DNA from: Mytilus edulis
Taxonomy: Eukaryota
NCBI RefSeq assembly: GCF_963676685.1
Contig: NC_092348.1
Location: 16,182,001 to 16,246,000 of the forward strand
Reading direction: 5' to 3'
DNA length: 64,000 nt
In this document: one piece after another, positions 40,438-52,582 of the stretch
How the letters are laid out: each line of letters starts with the position of its first letter
Numbering within the stretch: position 1 is the stretch's first letter
Position numbers and translations under genes: made by a program
The notes under the pieces: generated by a model
What the model saw: only the letters and a program-made list of their open reading frames with translations
The model's database searches: none
Told to the model about the DNA's origin: nothing

Positions 40438-43400
40438 TAATAATGGATTTACTCCACTGCATTTCGCTTCTCTTGGAAATTCCGATGATATAGTTAGGCT
40501 ATTACTGAAAAGAGGTGTTGATGTTAACCATCAAACAGCTGTACAAGGTAATACATCTTTGCACCTTGCATGCACATGGAGAGATGTGGTATTTCAAAGA
40601 AACACAAATGTCACAATTTCATTATGTGACAATAATGGGAAATCGTTTGAAGTTGGTGTTTCCAAATTTAGTTCACCTTTTCCAACACATGTCTGTTATG
40701 ACACTCATGGTATTCATCAATCTATCGTGCGGTTGTTATTAGAATACCAGGCTGATGTTTCATTATGTAACTATAAAGGACAAACGCCGTTACATATTGC
40801 TTGCGAAAGTGGTGATTACTATGTTGTCAAAGTGTTGGTAGAAATTAATGCAGACATAACCGTGTGCGACAACGACGGAAATACTCCACTTGATCTTGCA
40901 TGTCAACGAGAACACACAGATGTCGTGACATTGTTACTCTACAGTATAACAAATATATCACAGTTAGATAATGATGGAAAGACTGCATTTCATTCAGCAT
41001 GTAAGGGTTATGGAAACAGGAAAAAAGATGTTGGATGGTTCTTTGGCAATCCTTGGCAGCGTCCAACCGATAATGATATTGAAGCACACAAATCTGTCAT
41101 CGAGATTTTGCGCCATAAAAAAGCAGACGTAAATAAACGTAATAAACATGGAGAAACACCTTTACATACAGCTTGTGAATATGGTCCTATTGATATTGTA
41201 AAGATTCTTCTAAATGAAGGTGCAGATATATCACTATGTGACATGAAAGGTCAGTCTATCGTGTATAAGACATGTGCTGGAGGAAATAGTAGAATATTAA
41301 ATATTTTGCTTCAAAGAAATGCCAACTTTTTAAAATGCGACAATGATGGAAACTCGGCACTGCATGTAACGTGCAAAAACAGAGGTAAAGTGCAAAAGAA
41401 ATGGCCCCCGGGTAATCTGAAGCGTAAATTACCATGCAAATTATCTTCGACCTCAAAGTTTGAATTTGAAGAACTTTCGATATACATAGCAGATGAGTTT
41501 GAATGTGTTTTAAAAATACTTGTCGATCAAAACGTAGACCTGAACATAAGAAATAACTGTCAACAAACACCACTCCATATTGCAACTGAAGGTGGTCATT
41601 TACCTCTGGTTAACATGCTTGTTGAACGAAATGTTGATGTTAATATGTGTGACAACAACGGAAAATCACCATTATATTTGGCATGTGAAATGAGACATAT
41701 AGATATTGTTAAAATTTTATTGTTACATAATGCCAACATGCATTTAGTAGATAACAACAAACGGTCTCCGTTTCATGCTGTTTGCAACGGGTTGAGTCTT
41801 CCACCAACTGAAATAGAAATTCAAAGTGTACGAGATTTAGTTTCACTTCTAATAGACTATAAAGGAGATCTTTCTCACCCTGACAATGACGGTAAAATAC
41901 CATTACACTTTGCTTGTAAAGTCGGTTGTCTTGCTATTGTCGAATCGTTGGCAGTAAAGAAAGCACACTTTACTGTATGTGATTCAAATGGCCAGACGCC
42001 ATTAGATGAAGCCAAAAAAGCAGGACATTGGGACACTGTGCGTTTTCTTGAAAACTTTGAAGATGACACGAGTAAAAATTACAATCCGTTTTATTTTCTG
42101 TGGTGAAAATCTGAATCTATTTGCGACATTTTTTTAGTTGTCAATCGCGTTTTTTTTTCTGATATACTAGTACCTGGGGATTTCGAAGTAAAGTTTTGTA
42201 CTGCATTATTCAAACAAGACTTGTGATCTTATCTTGTTAACATACATTTGAGATAATGAAAAGTCCCAAAATAAACACTGTCAATTACTATTCTATACTT
42301 ATTAAAGTTTTATAAATCCTGGTGAAACAAGATTACTTTTTTTCCTTCGCCAATATGAAAACAGAAATATGTTTAAATAATGTGTAAGAATTTTTTTTCC
42401 AATTTCAACGCCTTATCTAATATAAATTTAATTTTCTATCAAAACTGGAGTCAGTACGGCGATAACTGAAACTCCCCGTAATCAAAGATCAAAAAGGTGA
42501 TAAAGAAAAAGAACTAAGGTGTTAACAGCTCGGAGCATTGACTGCTCAATTTCCCAATGTAAAATATATAACTTGCATATCATAGATAACCGTACGAAAA
42601 TAAGATTTTATGAAAACCGAAACTTTGTGATTACGAAAAAGGTATTAATAAACATTCCGAATTCCAAAGTAAAGTTAATCCATGCAGATATTTGAAAGCC
42701 AGGGGTTCTTAAAACCCGAAAGAATTTAATAGCTTTATGATTAAAAGGGACTGTTAAATAGTAGTCAAATTCATCAAAGGTGTGTGAGGGAGTTGAAACC
42801 TTAGCTTATTGATAATCTATAAAATCTGACAAAAACCAAATGCTCGTCTTAATCAACCTACAAAACAGTTGGAAAACAGAAGTGATATTCCTGACTTGGT
42901 ACAGGCATTTTCAAGGGAATGGTAGACTAAACATGGTTGTATTGCTAGATAACCTTCCGTTGGTTATAGTTTTGACATGTAAAAACAATTGTGGTATTAC
43001 CCAAACAGACATTAAAGGGTAATGTGACAATAGTTTGGATCCAACAGATATTCAAAACACATCACATGTGATAATTTTCATTCGTCCGAAACGTTTTTCT
43101 GGATTTACTTTTATCAGGAACGATCAAAGCTAAGTATGTAAAAGAACCGAAGCAATTGAAGAGCTGTTTAATAAAATTAAAAAAAAAAAAGGACCGAATC
43201 GCGGCTAATTCCATCTAAGGATAATATTTGCTGATTGAGTTTAAACCTTAAATTTAATTAAAAATGAATCAATAGACAACTTCAGAAAGGTTTGTTATAA
43301 ATCAAGTCTTTTTTCGAATTACTGACTTCTAAGCTGGTGATACTCTCGTGGACTGAAGTCGGCCAGCCGAAGTATTGACCCTGAAAACACAAATTGGTAA

Positions 43401-44289
43401 CAGCACGTTATAAATTGTTTGCATTCAAGTCGCTTTTCTTGATTTACCACTATCAGGAACTCATAAAGCCGAGTCTTTGAAAGCCAATGATGTATTTATA
43501 GACCCTATGATTGAAATGACTACAGAGGTCAAATGCATATGCCTAAAAATTATGTCTATTTAAGAAGGATATATGAATGTGAGCACATAAAAAAAATGAT
43601 TGTTAATAGAGAAACTATCATAAACATTTAAGGAATGACTGTAATAGTTTTTATGTCTATGAAGAAAGAAGTTAACATAAAAAAACTTGGTGCACACTGA
43701 TTAACGCGCGCAGCGGTTTATTAAACAGTATGCACCATATTTTTTGTTATTTCGAATAGACAGAAAAAATATTACAGTAATTTCTAATAATTAAATTCTA
43801 AATTCAATTTTTAACCGTAGAAAGCAATGAAAAAACGTTGGTGACGTCACGGTCACATGACTAAATTATGTATATGGGCTCATAACAAAATAACGTCATC
43901 CAATCAGACGACGCGTTACATCCAAAATTAAATTATATTATTATGTGACATTAAAATATTTAGCTTCTTTGTGTTCTACAAGTGTCTAAATGTAATAATT
44001 ATAGATTATCGTTGATCATCTCAACGAGATTGATGTTCTCGCTTGAGCTGGTACAGCGAAAGTGAGAAAAGCAATCGAGTTGAGATGAACAATGATAATC
44101 TGTTTATCGCTATTTTACCTATGACGACGTTGTCAATTTCATGTCAATTTCGTTAGCAACGCCACGTGGCCTCCTTAGTTTCTAGTGATAATTTTTCCAT
44201 CTCAAGCGAGAAGCATGATGTGAAAATTATCACAAAAAAAGATCAAAAGAAAAATGCACAAAATAGCGATAATATATAAAATCATTTCA

Positions 44290-44400
44290 AAAATGTCGGT
44301 AATGAGAGACGCGATGTTGATTCCCATAGCAATGCCGATGACTTGCTGAAGATGCCTTAATTGTCCAGCAGAAAACTCCAGGATACTGATCACTTGGTCA
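44290..44400 (-). mobile_element. Highly decayed Penelope-like RT fragment
   Basis: QQVIGIAMGINIASLITDIF resembles the RT motif Q-x2-GIPMG-x-N-x-APLxADLF. Confidence 0.5.
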
Positions 44401-46795
44401 ACTGTGTAGCAGGTTATATTATATTTGGGATGTCCATGTTTTTAACAAAAAATGCCAAATTGAAAACAAACACAATCAATTTCTAACATTCTGTACTCTG
44501 TTTATGTTGATATGTATTGTGGATTATCTATTATTAGATACTATTGGTCCTTAAAGGTATTTGCATATCAATGATTATTTATTCTGCAGCTGCATTGTTT
44601 ATATAATAGAGGTATTAGAATGTACACGAGTTTACCTTTGATTACATAGAAAATAATAAGAAATGATATGACCATGATTGACCGTTTATACCCTTACGTC
44701 AAGCTTTTAAATCATTTACTCGACACGAAAAGATTTGCGAATATGCATGGTAATTACCATATCAAGCATTATAAGAGTCTCAATTACGACACAATCTTTT
44801 TATGTTTATATAATATTTTTTTCATGTTATGCCTTTTCCGACTGCTTAAAACTTCGTTCAAGAGGTTAAATGGATTATGTTTTAGTTGAAATTGGTTTTT
44901 ATATGGTCATTGTAAGAAAGGGTCTATATTGCATTCCCCTGTCATTTCGTTTATCTTTTTGATTTATCAGATACCTTCTTGTTGGCAGCCTATACAATAT
45001 GTTGAATGAACTTATAAGTGTTGTCACACTATTTTTCAATAACAGAATTAAATCTAAAAAGTAGGATCTCAAAAATACTGAACTCCGAGGAAAATTCAAA
45101 AAGGAAAGTTCCTAATCAAATGGCAAAATCCAAAGCTCAAATACATCAAACGAATGGATGACAACTGTCATATTCCTAACTTGGTACAGGCATTTTCTTA
45201 TGTATAAAATGGTTGATTGAACCTGGTTTTATAGCAAGCTAAACCTCTCACTTGTATGACAGTCGCATCCAATTCCATTATATTGACAACGATGCGGAAC
45301 AAAAAAAAAAACAGACACAATAGGTAAACATGTCAAACAAAGGGGTACAGCAGTCATATTGTGTTATAATCTTAATCATTATAAAAACAAACAAATATAT
45401 CAAAGAACACAAAAAGGCATACATCAAATTAAACGACCTCATTTACTGTTTTTTTATATTACTTTACATCAAAAGGTGAATGGTAATTGGAGAACCCTTT
45501 TTTAATCTGTTCAGCACATGTCTACCTCCTGTTTGTTAATACTTTTAATTTTTAAATCTGTTGAATGCAGTGTAATCTTTTCAAACGCTTTGACATCATG
45601 ATTTTATATTTTAATCAGCAGATGTAGGCGAGATGAGTTGTATATCAACTTCCTGTTTTACGATACTCGTAATTTGGGACATGGGTATGCTCTGCACGAC
45701 AAAGTGTAATTTTCATTTCTTTCGCTGTGGCTTCATGTCCCTAAATGAATTATCAATCTTTGAGAGCTTTAAAAATTGTGACAAGAAACAGGAAATGTGT
45801 CACAGACACAACAACTCCACCAAAGAGCATAAAAAAACCTGTTTGTTCTTGTGGTGTTGAATGTACCAGGTTATAGTCGTTTGAGTGCTTCTATGTTGAT
45901 GTTGTTATAAAATCTGTACGCTTATACATTGTATACATGATTAACCGCTTCACATTCTTTATGTGTCTGCAAGTCAGGAGTCTGTAGTTCAGTGATTGTC
46001 ATTAGTTGTTGTCTGTCGTATTTGATTTTTTAGTTCATTGTTTAACGTATATCAGGCCGTTTATAGTCTCTTTTTAAAGACGAACAACTTTTTTATCTTG
46101 AAATAGGGTGTACACAGATTTATACTGCACTCGTTCTATTTGAGCAGTAAAAATGCGTTGACTGTATATTTCTATGTCATATACAGTCACTATCCTGATA
46201 TCACTTTTCCTCATGAATATTTAAATAGAAATTACCGAACTTGTAATTAATTATTCATGTGACCTATTCAACCTGTTGTTTCCAATGTATACAACGACTC
46301 AAACTTATGTCTTTTACAATTTTTAGAAAATAAATATTTCACTTTAATCATTATGTTTTATGCTTATTGTTGATATTTTAGTTCATTCTCAGTCAAACAA
46401 TTCCTTTACCATCGATTTTCGGGTTTCATCAGGAAATGTACATTTCATTGTGTTGTATATTTCTCCGCCTGCATGATATAAGACCTTTTTATAAAAGGGG
46501 AGTTTCCCAATATTTAAATCAAATAGTAAAGTTAACAAATTATACAACAATTGAAAATGTTTTTTTTTAGATTGCAGTATAAACAAGTTAAGACAATAAT
46601 AGTACATTGACTTGACATATCAACGATAATTATCAATTTAAAAATAGAAATACACCTTTCAATAATTAAAAGATTAGAACCTCTCAACTCATAATTGTGT
46701 TGTCTTTTTCTTTGCCGTTCGCCGCCTTTCTTCTATGAGCCCGGCTCGTAATTTTACTAGTTTAAATTCTCTATCATAAATTCGTCCGAATTTAA

Positions 46796-47349
46796 GGAGG
46801 CTCGAGAGTATAAAAATTTCAGAAAAAAATTAAACATTTGTTTTTCATTACAAATTTTATTTATTACTTTTTGTAGTTGTTACTATATCATATGGTACAA
46901 AAAACATTCAAAACAATTAATTCGTGTTGGCCCCAGATGACTTTTAAAATGTAAACATCATTGAAAAAGATCCAAATTATCTCCCTTTGATGAAAAAATG
47001 CCATTTTTGGGCTTTAAAATTGAAATATCTCTTTTTACTCATCGGTGACCTATATTTTTTAATATAATTTCGATATATGCTGTACTTAAACTAAATTATT
47101 GTAAAATTTGAGCGATTTCTGTAATAAATTTCTTTTTTTATTTCGATATTACCTTTTTTTTCTCCTATTAGTTCAACAGAAAAAAATCACTTTTACAAAG
47201 ATGTATGCTTCTTTCGAAGGCAGATTGAGAGCGCAAATGAACGGTGACCCCATTTTTTTATTTCATTTTTCTATTAACTATAAGATAAAGTTCATTTATA
47301 GAAAAATATAGAAAAATCCTATATAAATGATTTAGACCCGCGAACCCCC
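46796..47349. mobile_element. Second copy of the TTAA-target TIR element, inverted relative to 11381-11853
   Basis: TTAA|GGAGGCTCGAGAGTA...GACCCGCGAACCCCC|TTAA with shared internal sequence. Confidence 0.7.
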
Positions 47350-48182
47350 TTAAAACATTTCTAATCTATCTGGCTAAATATGGCAAGTCAAAGTGAAGAC
47401 TTAATTTGCTCACTTAACTAGCATTACGGTTGTTGGGTAAAAAAAGGAACATCCAGAATCAACACAATAAAAACTTTCCAATGAATAAATATATCTTTAA
47501 AGGTTATGGATATTCAACTTTGTTAAAATAAATTATTTGATCACTGCAATATCGATTCAAGCACTATTCTTTGTCTCTATATGTGAACAACGTTTTTCAT
47601 TTATCAATGCACACCTTGGTGTAATAATCTATTATAGTGTGTGATAACATTGTGTGAGGGAATTCGACGTTTGTTGTACCACTGTCCACTCCAGTGCAAT
47701 TTATGACAATACTACTGCATCAATCAGAATGAATTTTTTTGCAGTGTTTTGAGAAATGATTTTACTTGTTGTCGCGTATTATTCGTGAAAATTTCAATGT
47801 TTTAAAAAGGCAAATTTTCTGTATAAAGTCGATGATTATAGTGACTTTTGAAGGCCAAACTTTCCACAGCCTTAAATACACAAATAAAAGATCCAAAAAC
47901 TATACCAATATATAACGGCATGTTTATAAAATTATAGCAAATCTATTGGCAAACAATTTTTTATTCGTACATGCAAAACAATGAACTTAAAATATCTGAC
48001 ATTTTCTCCCTACCCAGTTTTTCCCTATACATTTTTATGATGTGGACTGGTCATTGTTATTAAATCGTATGCAATTTGATTGGATTAAGTTGTTATTAGT
48101 TTACCTTCAAACTTGTTTTGGCATTTCATACATCACTATTGATTAATAGAACGTGCATGAATGTGTACGGTATATGACCGGA

Positions 48183-49472
48183 CAGGGGCGTAGCTAGAAA
48201 GAAACGATGTGGAAGCAACTACCAAGAAAAAATTTTGGGAGCCTATTCAGAAATTTTTATTTTTTTTTTTTCGGTTTTCGGTCATAGGACGGTTAAAAGA
48301 GGGGCTATATGTAGATAAAAATGTATGAATGTAAAACTATGAATAAATCTTCTGAATATAGTAATACATAAACAACACATATTTGTGATACAGAATTTAC
48401 TCAAAATTGTCCAAAATCTGCTCTTCGGGTCTGGGCAGAAACAAACTTCTCTATTACTTTGTCAACATTCACACTGAAATCCCGATGAATATGCAGTAAT
48501 TCTATCTAACTTTCGTTGTTCATTGTTGATCGTACATTTGTTTTCAATTACATACGTAGTACCGTGACTGATAGTTCTCAGGGCCATCATGGTATGGTAG
48601 CACTCGCGAGATGTTATAAACCAGCGTACATGTTCGGCATCAAGCGACCTCCCAATTGAATTCGTCAAAATTACATGCTAGGTCAGTTTCGTATGTTTCA
48701 GACAATATTGAGATTTGTTCGTTTGTGATATTTCCTACAACACGATGAAGCAGATACAGCACAAAGAAGCGATTTTCTGATAAGTTGACGCGACTCCACT
48801 CTCCAGTTGCCTTATCATATGGTCTATAAACGCAAAAAATAATGAGACTTTCCAATACTGTTTTGGCGTGGTTGCAGGGTGATTGGCTCTGGTAGTCTGT
48901 CAACCACATCGCCTCGGCATATTTTCAATGATATCGAAGGGATCTGATAATTCTAATGCTGATTGGTACATCTCAATCCAAACTGATGAACTGTACACTG
49001 TAAAATGTGCTCCAAAACTACATATCTAAGACTGAGTATTACAAAGTCAAAAGTAAAAATCTTGTAAAAGATATAAGTAACCTTCCGATTTTGACATAAT
49101 CTCCAAAAAAAAAATTATTTTGAAACCAAATGTCGTTATTTAATGATATTTCATTTATTAAAAAAAAGTGACAACATAGGTGTTTCCTTAAACATTCAAT
49201 TTATAAATTTTTATTTTGCCATTTCTTTTTTTGCATGGGGAATCAATGTGCACGCAACTTCGGAGCTACGATCTTTTTCTGAATGAACAGCTTCATCAAC
49301 ACTTGTAACTAGGTTGTCAAACTAATATCCGGGATAGACGGAAAAGACACCAACAGTCTCCGATTCCGATTGACCAACTAATCTCTCTCTCTTCTGCTTT
49401 TTTTTTTTTTTTTTTTTCGTGAAAATGACGTGGATGCACGTGCTGTCGTGCCTCCGGGTAGCTACGCCCCTG
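48183..49472. mobile_element. Non-autonomous DNA transposon with 5-bp TSD (hAT5-like) in the 5' LTR
   Basis: TIR CAGGGGCGTAGCTA..TAGCTACGCCCCTG; CCGGA duplicated at 48178-48182 and 49473-49477; the empty site is visible in the 3' LTR. Confidence 0.85.
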
Positions 49473-50171
49473 CCGGACTATTTGGACAGTGCAATGAAAT
49501 TAGTTTTTAAACAATATTTTAGTAATTCAATGTATATTTAGGTTTTGTATTTATTTAATATTCTAGACTTTGTCGTAAATTTAGGCATAAGCGTTTTACA
49601 CGGATTATATGTCATAATCTTGGACAAAGGTCTTAAATGCATTTACTCTATTTATTTCATTATGTATTCTCTGTGACAGTTTGGACTACAATTTACAAAT
49701 TCGTGTCGGACACTAATTACTCTTGTAATCTATTGTTATTTCTAATTTGTCATCTGTTAATCTGCTTAATCCTTTAATTGATTGTGCTTATATATATTGT
49801 TATTGTTTGTATGTTACATTACATTTAGTTTGGAGTTTGTTGTTCGGTCTTGCCGGACTGCTGAAATAAAAGTTTAAAGGAGCGAAATATTCCTTCTTGA
49901 TTTATATATAGTCGAATAGCCATTTCACCCGGCTATAGGTAACTAAAATGACCTTCAAACTAGACACTGGACGAGTCAATACTATGTTTTATCAATGAAA
50001 GTTAAGGTATGAAAGGTAAAAATTGCCTTCTTCTATTTTCACAAAATTTTCGGAATATACAGTTTAAAGATTATTCTTTAAAAGCCTATTGTGGAGATAA
50101 AAGAGAAAATTCCATTTATACTGTGTCACAAATTCCTCCAAGATCAATATAGTTATTTCTTATTATATTAT

Positions 50172-50287
50172 GGGGCCGGATCGACTTGGGGCCGGATCGA
50201 CGTGGGCCGGATCGACTTGGGCCGGATCGACTTTGGGCCGGATTGACTTGGGGCCGGATCGGTTTGGGGCCGGAACGACCGGATACC
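50172..50287. repeat. About 16-bp tandem array (GGGCCGGATCGACTT)x7 ending GGATACC, probably an orphan transposon end
   Basis: Direct reading; GC-rich array with no partner end in the window. Confidence 0.7.
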
Positions 50288-52582
50288 ATTTACATTTAGT
50301 CGAATAGCCATTTCACCCGGCTATATCTGGTGTTAGGACGTACGGGCAACGCATCTTTCGGATACCTTGTTCTACCTGTGAAGCTGATCCCCCAGCAAAC
50401 AGAAAAATGGATACGCAGAGAACCAGAAATTTTGGCCGAAACTGGGGATACCAGATGTCTGATAATGGAGCTACCTTTCAGACCAGAAATTCAACACAAC
50501 ATATGGACAACTGCCTATGTAAGTTTTGTGGAAAGACTGTGAACAATCAATTTCATTTTAGATAATGTATAGCAAAAACGTCATTTTGTTATAAGTGCAG
50601 AAATTTTGGACATTACGCCAGAATGTGTAACTTTCATAGACGACCGGACGTGAAAGTTGTCAAAGTTAAATCGAAATCGAAATTACGTCGCGACGCAGAA
50701 AGGATGAGGATATTCAAAGAAAACAAAGCTATGTCAATTTTTCCTTGTGCGGAACTTACTACTATTGAACTGATGGATTTCTTTCCCGCCTTTAATTATG
50801 ATAGAGAATTCATTGATAGCGTTACATTCAGGCACGACCGAGTGCATTCAGAGAGAGTGAAGTTTGAAATCAAAAGTGTTCATTACGAAAAGAAATTCAA
50901 AGAGCTCAAACAAGAGCATAACAGTGTAATTCGCAATTTAAAAAAAAATCAAAAACAAGGTGCAGATGATAAAAAAGAAATAGAAAAATTACAGGAACGC
51001 AATACGGATCTTAAAGCAGTTCATTCTCGGATATACGATCAAAGATGTAAAGCCATCGACCAGCAATATCAATTACAGCGCGACAAAGAACGTATGTTGA
51101 ATCGAATCGCCACACTAGAAGACGAACTTGACAATATTCGGAAAAATACAAGAGCAGATAATCATCCAAACCAAAACTATCGTTATAGTCTAGTCAAAAT
51201 AGATGAAAAATGTGGCCAACCTCAAAAAAATTGCAACAGAATTTGTTTTGGTATTTTTCAAATCTAAAAGGCTTTCTTTGTAACATACTAAAAGTCTACC
51301 AAGATATCTGAGTGGGAAAATGGATTTTGTGGGTGAAAAATAGCAAAATTTGACAAAAATAGTGAAAAACTGGGAAAAGCTTGTTAAACATTCATTTTTG
51401 ATGATAATAATTTCAAATCAAAAGTTTTACAACAGGTTATACAGTGTTTATGAAATATTATAATAAAAAAATAGTTTTTGTTTTATAAACATGAAATTTT
51501 AGGTGAAAACATCCGATTTTTGTTGGAATTTGAGATCTTCAAAGCATGAATTGATTACCAACAGGACTGGAAAAATATGAATATTGGTAATAGAGGTTCA
51601 TTTGATAGTTCACAAAAGACAAAAACCTTTATTCTAATCATTCCAAAACTTAACAGCAATTTTTAATAGGGTAAATGGTGATTTTGGGTAAAATATAGCA
51701 AAATCATCATAAAATCGTTAAAAACTGGAAAAACACCAATTTGGAATTTTAACTGTTTTTAAATCACTCCAAAAATTTAAAAAAATGCAAATCGTAATAG
51801 AATTAATCAGATCAAACAAAATTCATTGTAAAACAAATTTGTAAATAACGGATTTTGTGTTAAAAAAAAAAAAGAAGCAAAATTTGGCCCAAAATTGACA
51901 AAAACTAGAAAAAAATGACAAAATTCATAATTTTTCAGAAATCAATTAAGATCTCAGATAAGATTAATTTATATTCTTTATATGAAAAAGAGCAATGCTT
52001 AGATTCATACTCATTTAACCAACAAGAGATGTTAAGCGAACATCATAGATTTGTTGACCATGCATAATGAGAGGTAAAAAAGTATCATTGACCAAAACGG
52101 ATGATTTAAAAGTAAATGACAAGATACGTGGAAACATTTTTTTTTAAGATTATTCCATAATTTTTTGTATACAACAAATACCTTTTCATCAGTAAAGTCA
52201 GATTCAGCAATGGGAACAGTATTAGAAAAACTCAAACCACAACATTCACCGCATCCTACCGACCATTTTGTCTACAGACACATCATTTGCATCTTAGAAT
52301 GTTAAAACATTTATCAATTGCCGGAGGAAGTTCAATCAAAATTGGACGAAGTTTTCCACGTGAAGTTTACTAACCATTGTCTGCATGGTCTGTCGGATCT
52401 ATGTCAACTCCTTCTTACATCCATTTTTTGGCACAGATAATACATTCGAAGACTATGAAATTGCCCTGAATCAGATACTTCTTTTCCTGTTTTGATGATA
52501 TCTGCTTTAATAAAGCATTATTCATTAAAACTTGACATGCGTTTTCAGATATCCTTGGTTAAGTGTTTTTAAAACATGTCTT

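Larger units (their letters stand above)
25623..42106 (+). pseudogene. HEPN-like (RNPWAH) / coiled coil / STAND-type NTPase (nSTAND3-like) / ankyrin-repeat protein, about 1705 aa reconstructed, interrupted by a transposon. Exons 25623-25722, 26171-26592, 29207-29375, 34518-34835, then 35698-38140 joined to 40441-42106
   Basis: Phase-compatible splice sites including a GC donor at 26593; Walker A VVTGSSGSGKS, Walker B VFVIDD; more than 20 G-x-T/S-P-L-H-x-A ankyrin units. Removing 38141-40440 restores LTDNNGFTPLH in frame (5118 nt total). As it stands the frame stops at 38177 (1162 aa). Confidence 0.85.

Noticed and set aside
35772-42106. Two separate ankyrin genes (801 aa and 560 aa ORFs)
   Set aside because: Both ORF starts are non-ATG calls, and the frames fuse exactly when the TIR element is removed
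50172-50287. GC-rich short repeats as CRISPR or binding-site array
   Set aside because: Head-to-tail units with no spacers; fits a transposon subterminal array
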